A stretch of 64,000 nucleotides of DNA from Nitrospirota bacterium (GTDB taxonomy: Bacteria; Nitrospirota; Thermodesulfovibrionia; Thermodesulfovibrionales; Dissulfurispiraceae): contig JBFLWF010000007.1 in the NCBI GenBank assembly GCA_040758355.1, forward strand, positions 38,573 through 102,572. The letters run 5' to 3'. Under the pieces are notes generated by a model. It made no database searches, was not told the DNA's origin, and saw nothing but the letters and a program-made list of their open reading frames with translations. The translations under genes were made by a program, and so were the position numbers. The stretch's first letter is position 1; every line of letters starts with the position of its first letter. Positions 28,372 to 38,018 of the stretch are shown piece after piece.

Positions 28372-29391
28372 CTATTTCAGATACTTCATCCTTTCTATAA
28401 TCTCTTCGGGAGACGGTAGATATTTTTTCAGTTCACGAGGCAGCTTCTCCGTCAACTTGTAAGTAGATACGCCTATCGGCTTTTTTGTATCTTTTAAGGC
28501 ATACTCAACAATCGTCCGGCTTTTGTCCTTGCACAATATAATTCCGATTGAGGGATTCTCATCAGGAAGCTTTGCTATATCGTTCAGGGCAGAGAGATAA
28601 AACTGCATCTTTCCGGCATATTCAGGCTTAAACGCGCCTACTTTCAACTCTATCGCCACAAGGCACCGCAGTTGCCGATGATACAACAGCAAATCAATAA
28701 AAAACTCTTGCTCGTCTATCTCCAGCCGGTATTGGTTGCCCACAAATGCAAAGTAGCCGCCCATCTCTATCAGGAATTTTCTCACATTTTCAAGGAGAGC
28801 CATCTCAAGCTCTTTTTCTGAGTGCTCTTCGCCGAGTTCCAAAAAGTCAAATGAGTATTCATCCTTTACAGCCAGCTTTGCTTGATGACGGTATTTTTCC
28901 GGAACGGATTTATCAAAGTTTGTTTGATTCGCCATATACCGTTCAAATGCTCCTGCTTCAAGCTGGTTTATCAGAACATCTTTTGTCCATCCGAATTTCT
29001 TTGTTGTCTTGATGTAAAACTCGCGCCGGATGTCCTCTTTGCAACGCTCCATGATAATGACATTCTTTGTCCAGCTAATTTCTCGCACCAATGGTGCGAG
29101 TTTTTCATTCAAACGGTATGTGAGATAGAAGTTTCGCATTCTCCAAAGATTTGCACTGGAAAATCCCTGTATCCCCGGAAACTCTTTTTGCAGGTCTTTT
29201 GCGAGTGTCTCCACGATTGCCTTGCCCCAGCCGAGCTTTTCCTGCTTTGCCACTATTGATCTGCCTATGTCCCAATACAGATTTATAAGCTCTTTATTTA
29301 CAGCTTTGAGAGCGTCATATTGAGCTTTGTATATGCGCTCTTTTATCTCTTTAAGAAATGTCTTATATTCGGCGGTCACTACTGATGACAT
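28372..29391 (-). CDS. YhcG/DUF1016 PD-(D/E)xK family protein
   Basis: LYWDIG, WGKAIV..LAKDL, KDEYSFDFL, FIDLLLYHRQLRCLVAIELK, GIILC. Confidence 0.9.
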   Translation of the reverse strand: MSSVVTAEYKTFLKEIKERIYKAQYDALKAVNKELINLYWDIGRSIVAKQEKLGWGKAIVETLAKDLQKEFPGIQGFSSANLWRMRNFYLTYRLNEKLAPLVREISWTKNVIIMERCKEDIRREFYIKTTKKFGWTKDVLINQLEAGAFERYMANQTNFDKSVPEKYRHQAKLAVKDEYSFDFLELGEEHSEKELEMALLENVRKFLIEMGGYFAFVGNQYRLEIDEQEFFIDLLLYHRQLRCLVAIELKVGAFKPEYAGKMQFYLSALNDIAKLPDENPSIGIILCKDKSRTIVEYALKDTKKPIGVSTYKLTEKLPRELKKYLPSPEEIIERMKYLK

Positions 29392-29553
29392 TTAATTACC
29401 TTCCTCCCTCTCTTTACAATTTCAATCCATAGCATTTGAAATATTCATCCCGCTCTAAACGAGCCTTCGGCCAGTTGGACTTGAATTCTACATTTTGCGA
29501 TTCAAGCGATTTTTAAGCCATATTTCCTGCCAGCTAATCTTCATCAGCCTCGC

Positions 29554-29865
29554 TCATGCCACTATCCTGCTTATCTCCGATGCCCTTTCGATTGTCTCTT
29601 TTATTTCAGGCTCGAGGGTCTCAAGCTCCTTTACGGCATCTATGACATCTTTATTGGCATAAATATTTTTTTCTTTCCCCCTCATCGCATAAACCTCTTC
29701 CCCGATCTTTCTCATTAATTCATCCCTGCGTTTTTTCAATTCCTCTGACTTATACAGCAGCTTAAAGACCGTAATCTCAACCCTTATCCTCTCCGAAAGC
29801 AGAGATGAGAACCACTTGATCTTTTCAATAGCCTCATCAAAATCCTTTTTTATCCTGCTGAACAT
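29554..29865 (-). CDS. Hypothetical coiled-coil protein
   Basis: SD GGAGG, 103-aa ORF following recG. Confidence 0.7.
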   Translation of the reverse strand: MFSRIKKDFDEAIEKIKWFSSLLSERIRVEITVFKLLYKSEELKKRRDELMRKIGEEVYAMRGKEKNIYANKDVIDAVKELETLEPEIKETIERASEISRIVA

Positions 29866-29874
29866 AAAACCTCC

Positions 29875-31989
29875 CTATGCTGTTTTAAATATCTCAAGCC
29901 TCTTTCCCCAGAAATCCTCGATGGATTTTCTGAGCTGCGGATAGCCCGTAAGTGCTGAATCCCTTTCTATAAGGGAGAATGCCTCTTTTCGGGCCATTTC
30001 AAGTATTTTAGCATCCCTTAAAAGATTTGCAACCTTTAAGTCAGGCATGCCCGACTGCCTCGTGCCAAAAAATTCTCCGGGGCCTCTGATATTCAAGTCC
30101 TCCTCGGCTATCCTGAAGCCGTCTGTGGTCTTAACCATTACCTCAAGCCTCTTCCTTGCATCCTCGCTTCCGCCGTAACTCAGTAAAATGCAGTATGACT
30201 GGCTGCTTCCCCTTCCGACCCTTCCCCTCAACTGGTGCAACTGGGCAAGGCCGAATCTCTCTGAATGTATTATAACCATCAATGTCGCATTTGGCACATC
30301 TACTCCAACTTCTATTACGGTTGTTGAGACAAGGATGTGTATATTGCCATTTTTGAATTCCTTCATTACTGTTTCCCTTTCGACGGGTTTCATCCTTCCG
30401 TGAATCAGATTCACTTTGAGATGAGGGAATATTTTCTGGAGCCCCTCTGCCCCTGTAATTGCGGATTTAAGGTCTGTTTTTTCCGACTCTTCAATTACAG
30501 GATAGACCACATATGCCTGCCTTCCCTTTCTTGCCTCTTCCTCGATTAAGGAGTATATCTGGTTTTTATTTTTTTCAAAGAAGAGTTTTGTGATAATAGG
30601 ACTCCTGTTTGGAGGAAGCTCGTCGATTACGGAATAATCGAGGTCGCCATAGAGTGTCAGGGCAAGGGTTCTCGGGATCGGGGTTGCCGTCATTATCAAT
30701 GTGTCGGGGATTACCCTTCTTCCTTTTTTCCTTAATGTTGCCCTCTGCATTACACCGAATCTGTGCTGCTCATCTATTACAATAATTCCCAGTTTCTTGA
30801 ACGACACGCCTTCCTGAATCAAGGCATGCGTTCCGATGACAATATCCGCATCTCCGGATGCAACGACTTCGACATCTTTGTTTTTCTTGCTTCCTGTAAG
30901 GAGATGGATATTTAATCCTAAATCTTCAACGAGCCTGTGGATGTTGATATAATGCTGCTCTGCAAGTATCTCTGTGGGCGCCATCAATGCTGATTGGCAG
31001 CCGCATTCCACTGCAGCAAGCATTGACATAAGGGCAACTATGGTCTTCCCTGAACCCACATCTCCCTGTAAGAGCCTGTTCATGGGGGCAGACGACTGCA
31101 TGTCTTTAAGTATGTCTTTGAATACTCTTTCCTGGGCACCGGTGAGTTTAAAAGGCAGTTTGTTAAGCAATCCGTTTATTAGTCTGCCATCAGGAGAAAA
31201 TGCAATGCCCTTTTCAAGCACCTCTCCCTTTTTAACGGCTGCAAGTCCCAGTTGAAGCGTGAAGAGTTCATCAAATGCCAGTCTCTGATGAAAAGGGCTT
31301 GTCCCTCTGTTTAAATCATCTAACGAAGATGTTGGAGAAGGGAAGTGCACATTAGATATGCTTTCCTGTAAATCCGGTAAATTGTATTCCTTGATTATCT
31401 CTGAAGGCATCGGGTCTGATATGGCTGATACCGAACTGTTAAGGACTGAATACATGATGTTTCTCAATTGCTTCTGGCTCAGGCCTTCGGTTGACCGATA
31501 GATGGGCGCTATCCTGCCGGTGTGTATGCCCTGGGCTGAAGGATTGGGCTCATTATCATTTTCATCCAGTATTTCATACTCTGGATTGATTATCTCGAAA
31601 CCAGTTCCCCAGTAATTGTATTTTACTGTCCCGTACAATACTACTTCCTGTCCCGGTTTGAATATCTTTTTAAGATATGTCTGATTAAACCACTTTGCCC
31701 TGAGAAGCCCGCTTCCATCTGATACGGCAAGCTCGAATATCTTTAGTTTCGGCCGTCGAGGATTTGGGATAATGACATCAGCTTTTAAAACCTTGCCTGT
31801 AACGGTATTTATTTCTTCTGGTCTGAGATGTATTATTTTTTTAATGGAGCTTCTGTCTTCGTATCTGTAAGGCAGATAAAAAAGGGCGTCCCTTACTGTC
31901 TTTATTCCAAGGCGGTCAAGCAGCCTTGCCCTCCGGGGACCGACACCCTTTACATACTGAACGGGAGATAATAAATCATTACTGCTCAT
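29875..31989 (-). CDS. recG: ATP-dependent DNA helicase RecG
   Basis: RLLQGDVGSGKT, DEQHRFGV, MTATPIPRTL, QLHQLRGRVGRG. Confidence 0.97.
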   Translation of the reverse strand: MSSNDLLSPVQYVKGVGPRRARLLDRLGIKTVRDALFYLPYRYEDRSSIKKIIHLRPEEINTVTGKVLKADVIIPNPRRPKLKIFELAVSDGSGLLRAKWFNQTYLKKIFKPGQEVVLYGTVKYNYWGTGFEIINPEYEILDENDNEPNPSAQGIHTGRIAPIYRSTEGLSQKQLRNIMYSVLNSSVSAISDPMPSEIIKEYNLPDLQESISNVHFPSPTSSLDDLNRGTSPFHQRLAFDELFTLQLGLAAVKKGEVLEKGIAFSPDGRLINGLLNKLPFKLTGAQERVFKDILKDMQSSAPMNRLLQGDVGSGKTIVALMSMLAAVECGCQSALMAPTEILAEQHYINIHRLVEDLGLNIHLLTGSKKNKDVEVVASGDADIVIGTHALIQEGVSFKKLGIIVIDEQHRFGVMQRATLRKKGRRVIPDTLIMTATPIPRTLALTLYGDLDYSVIDELPPNRSPIITKLFFEKNKNQIYSLIEEEARKGRQAYVVYPVIEESEKTDLKSAITGAEGLQKIFPHLKVNLIHGRMKPVERETVMKEFKNGNIHILVSTTVIEVGVDVPNATLMVIIHSERFGLAQLHQLRGRVGRGSSQSYCILLSYGGSEDARKRLEVMVKTTDGFRIAEEDLNIRGPGEFFGTRQSGMPDLKVANLLRDAKILEMARKEAFSLIERDSALTGYPQLRKSIEDFWGKRLEIFKTA

Positions 31990-33094
31990 TTTTATCAGAT
32001 TTCTCTGATTCTCTCCTTATAGCCTCATCAAGTGATTTGTCTGCTTCTTCCATCTTGATTTTTGAATACTCCGATTCGCTTAATATCTCTATCTCCCAGC
32101 CTGTAAGCTTTGTTGCCAGTTTTATATTCTGTCCGCGCTTCCCTATTGCGAGTGACAACTGCTGGTCATCCGCAATTACCATTGCGGTCTTTTCCTCTTC
32201 ATTTATTCCGACCCTGTCTACAGCTGCAGGTGTAAGCGCCCTTGCAACAAATATGCGGGGGTCATCGCTCCATGGTATTATATCAATCCTTTCTCCGCGC
32301 AGCTCCCTTACAATGGACTGAACTCTCGTTCCCTTCATGCCGACGCAGGCGCCCACTGCATCTATAGCAGTGTCCTTAGAGGACACCGCTATTTTTGTCC
32401 TTTCACCTGGCTCTCTTGCAATGCCTCTTATAATGACAACTCCATCGTGTATTTCCGGAACCTCCATCTTGAAGAGGGCGACAACAAAGTTCGGGTCTGT
32501 CCTTGAGAGCACTATGACAGGGCCTTTTGGCGTCAGTTTTACCTCGGAAAGATATGCCTTAACAATATCCCCTCTTTTCAGGGTTTCATTAGGCAGTGTT
32601 TCCCTCTGGGGAAGACACGCCTCTGTCTTTGCAAGGCTGATGTAATAATTTCCTTTTTCCTTCCTCAGTACGGTGCCGCTGATTATCTGTCCCGTCTTAT
32701 CTTTATATTCCTCGTAGATAATATCCCTTTCAGCCTCTTTTACCTTCTGGAATATGACCTGCTTTGCTGTTTGCGCTGCTATCCTGCCGAAGTCCTGTAA
32801 GGGTATCGGGATTTCAATTGTATCGCCTATTCTCTTGTCGGGGAATAACTCCTTTGCCTTTTCTAACTGGATCTCTTCATCTTTGTTTGTGATCTTTTCC
32901 ACTATCTGCTTAAGCTCGAAGACCTGTATGTTGCATGTTTTCGGCTCTATGCGCAGATCTATGTTGGTCCTGCCGCCGAATTTCTTGCGGACGGCGGAAA
33001 GAAGGGCTGCCTCCAGCACCTTTAATAAGGAATCCCGTGAGATGCCCTTTTCCCTGCTGATCTGGTCTATTACATAACAGAGTTCCTTTGACAT
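31979..33094 (-). CDS. nusA: Transcription factor NusA
   Basis: FGRIAAQTAKQVI, AREPGERTKIAV, GACVGMKGTRV, AIGKRGQN. Confidence 0.96.
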   Translation of the reverse strand: MSKELCYVIDQISREKGISRDSLLKVLEAALLSAVRKKFGGRTNIDLRIEPKTCNIQVFELKQIVEKITNKDEEIQLEKAKELFPDKRIGDTIEIPIPLQDFGRIAAQTAKQVIFQKVKEAERDIIYEEYKDKTGQIISGTVLRKEKGNYYISLAKTEACLPQRETLPNETLKRGDIVKAYLSEVKLTPKGPVIVLSRTDPNFVVALFKMEVPEIHDGVVIIRGIAREPGERTKIAVSSKDTAIDAVGACVGMKGTRVQSIVRELRGERIDIIPWSDDPRIFVARALTPAAVDRVGINEEEKTAMVIADDQQLSLAIGKRGQNIKLATKLTGWEIEILSESEYSKIKMEEADKSLDEAIRRESEKSDKNEQ

Positions 33095-33108
33095 GGTCGA
33101 TACCTCTC

Positions 33109-33570
33109 TTAAAATTCTATTTCAAGCCTTGCCTTAGAAATTTTATCCATAGGGATAAAAATATCCCTCTTATCGAGTTTAAGCCTTATCCAGCCCTCTC
33201 CGACATCGATAATCCTGCCAATGAAGAATGTCTGATTGTCTATTTTCTCGGTTGTGATAATCCGTGCAAGCTTTTCTATGTTCCTTTCGAAATCGGCCTG
33301 TGTTGAAAGCGGCCTGTCAAGCCCTGGAGATGATACCTCCAGCACATAGTGCCCTTTTATCGGATCCTCCACATCCAGCAGTGCCTCAAGGCTTCTGCTT
33401 ATTTTTTCGCAGTCTCCAACTGTTACCCCGCCCTCTTTATCCACAACCACCCTGAGCATTGTTCTTTTGCCTGTGCCCAAAATATCAGCACTGACAAGCT
33501 CCAGGCCTTCGTCCTCGGCAACCCGAGATGCGAGTTCAAAAATTTTCTGTTTTATAGCAATTCTATCCAT
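33109..33570 (-). CDS. rimP: Ribosome maturation factor RimP
   Basis: GVTVGDCEKISR, YVLEVSSPGLDRPL; start set to ATG 33570. Confidence 0.93.
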   Translation of the reverse strand: MDRIAIKQKIFELASRVAEDEGLELVSADILGTGKRTMLRVVVDKEGGVTVGDCEKISRSLEALLDVEDPIKGHYVLEVSSPGLDRPLSTQADFERNIEKLARIITTEKIDNQTFFIGRIIDVGEGWIRLKLDKRDIFIPMDKISKARLEIEF

Positions 33571-33599
33571 ATATCCTGGCCATATGTTCCGGTAAAACA

Positions 33600-33623
33600 A
33601 AAGAGTGGGAAGACCCACTCTTT
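33600..33623 (-). promoter_or_regulatory. rimP leader hairpin
   Basis: AAAGAGTGGG-4nt-CCCACTCTTT followed by U-rich run on minus strand, just upstream of rimP. Confidence 0.7.
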
Positions 33624-33680
33624 GCATTTGTAAATAATAAAAAAGATATTAAAATATAACAGTTTTTGCCCTAAAAAAGC

Positions 33681-33714
33681 AACACCATGAGGGTTTAATT
33701 ACCCCCATGGTGTT
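33681..33714 (-). terminator. Hairpin terminator downstream of small lipoprotein gene
   Basis: AACACCATGAGGGT / ACCCCCATGGTGTT with T runs on both strands. Confidence 0.6.
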
Positions 33715-33724
33715 TTTATTGACA

Positions 33725-33913
33725 CTACTTCTTTGGAGCTTCTGCTGGCTTCTCAGGAGCCGGAGCTGGTGCTGGCTCAGGAGCCGGAGCCGGTGCTGGA
33801 GCTGGTGCTGGCGCCTCAGGAGCCTTTGGCTCTTCAGCCTTCTTGCAGCCAACTGTCAAGGTAAATGCCACCAGGAGCATAAGGGAAAGTATAATAGCTA
33901 ATACCTTCTTCAT
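33725..33913 (-). CDS. Small Pro/Ala-rich lipoprotein
   Basis: SD GGAGGTG; MKK + hydrophobic core + lipobox-like TVGC; AP-rich tail. Confidence 0.8.
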   Translation of the reverse strand: MKKVLAIILSLMLLVAFTLTVGCKKAEEPKAPEAPAPAPAPAPAPEPAPAPAPEKPAEAPKK

Positions 33914-33988
33914 TCTTTAAGTCACCTCCTTCCAAAATTGTGCCAAAAATTGGGGGTAATTTTACCAACTCAATTATTAACATTTACG

Positions 33989-34765
33989 CTATTTCTTGTC
34001 AAGAAATAAATTAGCCTCGATATTTTTAACGAGTCCTTCCACGAGGAATATTATTGATTCCGCATCGAGAAATCTATCCGCTGTTGAGTCGAAAATAACC
34101 TTTGCCTTTGATTCGAACTCGTCTTCCGGCGGCCAGTAAAGGATCATAACCGGCAACTTGGGGAGGAGGTAAAGATGCCATGCATTTTCTGTAGGGAATC
34201 CTTCACGCCTTTCTGCTCCGAGCCTGATTAATATTTTTTCTGTTTGGGCAAAATCCCTTTCGAGGAGTTCTTTAAGCGGCTCTTCGCAGTCCCTAAGAAA
34301 TGACGATGCCTTTACCATGCCGCCTCTGAGTTCGCTGTATGATACCCATTTGCCTGACAATTCGCCTTTGCCGGCTGTCCTGATATAATGCAAGAGCAGT
34401 ATCTTAATCCACGGCGTTATGTGGCCATGAGTTGTTATCTCTCCATCAGGAGATATGCTGAATTCCCTTCCGAGGCATTTCATGATAAGGTTGTCGCCTC
34501 TTAATTCAGCGCCTATGCCTTTTGCAATATCTTTAAAATTGATATTTTGGGCCTCTTCTTTAAGGCTTAAAATCAACTCCTCACGCCAGTCGGATTTTGT
34601 AATGGAACCTTTCAGCGTCTCTATTTCTTCTTGCGTTAGATGAGGACATTCTGACAACTCTGTCTCTCCCTTTATGACAGACAGGGCAAAGGGCATGCAT
34701 GTCTTCTGCCTGCATTTGCCGCAGTTTTTCTTAGGGAGTTTTTTATAGAGTTCGATGGGGTTCAC
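33989..34765 (-). CDS. Fe-S domain plus DUF3786-like protein
   Basis: LPKKNCGKC..TCMPFA..CP; ILLLHY; LPKLPV..YW..DEFES. Confidence 0.75.
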   Translation of the reverse strand: MNPIELYKKLPKKNCGKCRQKTCMPFALSVIKGETELSECPHLTQEEIETLKGSITKSDWREELILSLKEEAQNINFKDIAKGIGAELRGDNLIMKCLGREFSISPDGEITTHGHITPWIKILLLHYIRTAGKGELSGKWVSYSELRGGMVKASSFLRDCEEPLKELLERDFAQTEKILIRLGAERREGFPTENAWHLYLLPKLPVMILYWPPEDEFESKAKVIFDSTADRFLDAESIIFLVEGLVKNIEANLFLDKK

Positions 34766-35532
34766 TATTTTCGCCTTTCAAAGACATTGGCAGCGATTAT
34801 AACAAAAATCAGAGATGATATAACAATCACTGATATATCGAGGCTTAAGGGAAAATCGTGCGTGAGCATTTTCTTTTCAGGAAATACCATATACTTCAAT
34901 GCATCTATTCCGTAGGTTAAGGGATTAATCTTTGTAAAAAAGCTCAATACATGCGGCAGGAGCTTTACGGGATACATCGCGCCGGATAAGAAGAACATCG
35001 GCATGATTATGAAGTTCATTATGACGCTGAAGCTTTCGAGGTTTTCATAAAATGTGGCTATGAGTATGCCGAGGGATGAAAGGCAGAACGACAGAATAAT
35101 GGAAATGCCGAGTATTAAAAATATCTGGATTATGCTGAGTTTCAGTCCGATAACAGGAAAAAGCAGCACTATGATCAACGCCTGAAATGTGGATACCATC
35201 GTGCCGCTCAATGCCTTGCCTATTACTATCGAAAATCTCGATACAGGGGCTACGAGCATTTCTTTCATGAATCCGAATTCCTTATCCCATATTATGGATA
35301 TCGATGAGAATATGGAGCTGAACAGGATTGTCATTCCTATGATGCCTGGGAAGATGAACTGCATGTAAGGCATTCCCATGTCAGGGGATACCATCCTTGA
35401 CATTCCTCCGCCAACCAGAAAGAGCCATAGCAGAGGGCGGGCGAGGGTGGATACGAGCCGCCCCCGCTCACGGACGAATTTTATGAATTCCCTTGCGACA
35501 ATTACATATATGGCGTTCAAATCATACCTCAT
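34765..35532 (-). CDS. ABC-2 type permease
   Basis: WDKEFGFMKEMLVAPVSR, FLSGAMYP, NPLTYGID. Confidence 0.9.
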   Translation of the reverse strand: MRYDLNAIYVIVAREFIKFVRERGRLVSTLARPLLWLFLVGGGMSRMVSPDMGMPYMQFIFPGIIGMTILFSSIFSSISIIWDKEFGFMKEMLVAPVSRFSIVIGKALSGTMVSTFQALIIVLLFPVIGLKLSIIQIFLILGISIILSFCLSSLGILIATFYENLESFSVIMNFIIMPMFFLSGAMYPVKLLPHVLSFFTKINPLTYGIDALKYMVFPEKKMLTHDFPLSLDISVIVISSLIFVIIAANVFERRK

Positions 35533-35585
35533 ACTGAATTTCCTTAATCCTCGCTTCAGAGACCATCCTTATCTCTATCTTTGCA

Positions 35586-36584
35586 TTATCCTCTCTCAAA
35601 CTTTCTCCTGTATGACCTTATAGACTCCTTCAGTTCATCGCCGCCTGATACTGCTTCAGGCCGTATTGCCTTGCCTGTTAATTTTAAAAATACATCGTTC
35701 AATGTCGGCCTCTGCAGTCTTACGGACAGCACCATATCCGCAAGGGTATTTATGAGCTTCGGGATGCATGCATCTCCCTTCGATACGGATATGAATATCT
35801 CTCCATTTTTTTCTTCTGCATCGAGATTCAGATTTTTTTTAATCTCATACATTGCCCATGTATTGTCCTTTGTTTTTAAATATATGACATCCCCTCCAAC
35901 CATTTTCTTCAGATCATCGGGAGATCCCTGGGCGATTAACTTTCCCTTGTCGATTATCGCTATCTTATTACAAATCTCTGCCTCTTCCATGTAATGTGTG
36001 GTCATGAATATGGTCACATCATGCCTTTTAGGAAGCTCGGAGATGAATTCCCACAGGTTTGTCCTGCTCTGTGGATCCAATCCGAGTGTAGGCTCATCGA
36101 GGAATAATATCTTTGGCTGATGGATTATAGACCTTGCCACTTCAAGTCTCCTTTTCATCCCGCCCGAAAATTTTTTCACGGTATCGTCTTTCCTTTCATA
36201 GAGCCCTACAAGATTCAGCGCATCATCTATCCTTCCCTTTCTCTCATTCTTAGGAACATTGTAGAGATAAGAATGGAAAAGCAGGTTTTCGTATGCTGTG
36301 AGTTCCTTGTCGAGGGTATTGTCCTGAAACACAATCCCTATCTCTCTTCTCACCTCCGATGGTTCTTTCATACAGTCATAACCATCGATAGAAGCTTTTC
36401 CGGATGTTGGAGACAGCAGTGTGCAGAGTATGTTGATGGTGGTTGTCTTTCCAGCGCCATTTGGACCAAGAAAACCAAAGATAGTTCCCTTTTCCACCTC
36501 GAAGGATATACTATCAACGGCAGTGATGTTGCCGAATTTTTTTGTCAGGTTTTCTACTGCGATTATGGGCATTACTGATACCAC
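35586..36584 (-). CDS. ABC exporter ATP-binding protein (DrrA-like)
   Basis: GPNGAGKTT, FSGGMKRRL, LFLDEPT, PTLNDVFLKLTG; start may be ATG 36572. Confidence 0.92.
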   Translation of the reverse strand: MVSVMPIIAVENLTKKFGNITAVDSISFEVEKGTIFGFLGPNGAGKTTTINILCTLLSPTSGKASIDGYDCMKEPSEVRREIGIVFQDNTLDKELTAYENLLFHSYLYNVPKNERKGRIDDALNLVGLYERKDDTVKKFSGGMKRRLEVARSIIHQPKILFLDEPTLGLDPQSRTNLWEFISELPKRHDVTIFMTTHYMEEAEICNKIAIIDKGKLIAQGSPDDLKKMVGGDVIYLKTKDNTWAMYEIKKNLNLDAEEKNGEIFISVSKGDACIPKLINTLADMVLSVRLQRPTLNDVFLKLTGKAIRPEAVSGGDELKESIRSYRRKFERG

Positions 36585-36611
36585 TCCATCTTATTCTTCG
36601 GCACATGCCAG

Positions 36612-36686
36612 TGAGTGAGTAAATGAGTAAATGGGTGAATGAGTAAATGAAAATTTTTTACTCATTTACTCATCCACTCATTCACT
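36612..36686. repeat. Paired inverted octamer arrays (ATGAGTAA / TTACTCAT)
   Basis: Direct reading; overlaps secG stop. Confidence 0.88.
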
Positions 36687-37029
36687 ACTTATTGATAGGC
36701 TTTTGAGGTATCTGCTGCGGCTGCTGTGATATCGGCTGCTGCGGCAACTGCGGTATTGCCTTTTGCTGCTCTGCAGGTGCGGTCTGTTTTATAACAGACG
36801 TTGTTTTTGTTGTGACCATTGTCAGTGCAAGGGATGTTAGCATGAAGACAACGGCAGCAACTGTCGTGAGTTTGTTTAAAAATGTTGCTGCACCCCTGCT
36901 TCCGAAAAGGGTCTGGCTTGAGCCTCCGAATGCTGCTCCCATTTCAGCGCCCTTTCCGCTCTGCAATAAAACTACGGCAATCAAAAAGAGCGATGCCAGT
37001 ATATGAATGATTATTATAAAGGTTGCCAT
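36685..37029 (-). CDS. secG: Preprotein translocase subunit SecG
   Basis: VLLQSGKGAEMGAAFGG..FGSRGA; follows tpiA. Confidence 0.93.
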   Translation of the reverse strand: MATFIIIIHILASLFLIAVVLLQSGKGAEMGAAFGGSSQTLFGSRGAATFLNKLTTVAAVVFMLTSLALTMVTTKTTSVIKQTAPAEQQKAIPQLPQQPISQQPQQIPQKPINK

Positions 37030-37044
37030 TACTTCCTCCTCATT

Positions 37045-37788
37045 TTATCTTTTAAACTTTACTATCCTTGCGAAACTGTCAGCCTTCAAACTTGCACCGC
37101 CGACAAGGGCGCCGTCCACATCGGGACAGGCCATTAAGGCGTCTATATTATCTGGCGTTACACTTCCTCCGTAGAGTATCCTGATTTCATTTGCCTTATC
37201 GCCGTAAAGCGAAGCAAGCATCTCGCGAATATATTTGTGGGCCTCCTGTGCCTGCTCTGTAGTTGCTGTCCTTCCTGTGCCTATTGCCCAGATTGGTTCG
37301 TAAGCTACCACAATGCCGTCAGGAGATATATCTTTCAGTCCTTCTTCTATTTCCCTTTTCAGGACATCAAAGGTTTTTCCTGATTCCCTTTCTTGCAGGG
37401 ATTCTCCGATGCAGAAGATTACACCAAGTTCGTGTTTTTTTGCTGCCTTTATCTTTTTGTTTATTATTTCGTCTGTCTCGTGGAAATACTGGCGTCTTTC
37501 GGAATGACCGATTATCACATGCTTGCAGCCGATGTTGGTGAGCATGACAGGCGCTATCTCTCCGGTATAGGCTCCCTTTTCTTCGTAAAATACATCCTGA
37601 GAAGAAAGCTGAATGTTTGTATTTTTAATTATTGATGACGCTGCATGAAGTGATGTAAATGGAGGCGCAATGACGATATCGACATCCTTTGCATCCTTTA
37701 CGAGAGGAAGAAATTCGTTCATGAAAGATTCGGTCTCCCCGATTGTCTTGTTCATCTTCCAGTTTGCTGCTATAAATGGCCTTCTCAT
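37045..37788 (-). CDS. tpiA: Triosephosphate isomerase
   Basis: ANWKMN, GHSERR, AYEPIWAIGTG, YGGSV, LVGGASL. Confidence 0.97.
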   Translation of the reverse strand: MRRPFIAANWKMNKTIGETESFMNEFLPLVKDAKDVDIVIAPPFTSLHAASSIIKNTNIQLSSQDVFYEEKGAYTGEIAPVMLTNIGCKHVIIGHSERRQYFHETDEIINKKIKAAKKHELGVIFCIGESLQERESGKTFDVLKREIEEGLKDISPDGIVVAYEPIWAIGTGRTATTEQAQEAHKYIREMLASLYGDKANEIRILYGGSVTPDNIDALMACPDVDGALVGGASLKADSFARIVKFKR

Positions 37789-38018
37789 AGGTATATAATT
37801 TAGTTTATGGGTTTCTCTTATGTCAAGCCTAATGTGTCTGAGGCCACTCTAATTTATTATTTACGTCCCCGAAATTTATTGACATAAAAATAAGACATAT
37901 GGTATCCATGTATGTGAATTACGCTTTACATTCTTGCTCATGCAGGCACATGTTTTTGTGTTGAATTAATATGACAAGGCGCTTCATAAAATAAGAAGAT
38001 AGAAAGGGGAGGGGTAAA

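Noticed and set aside
33745..33835. GGAGCC/GCTGGT repeats as a DNA element
   Set aside because: Explained by the Pro/Ala-rich tail of the lipoprotein.
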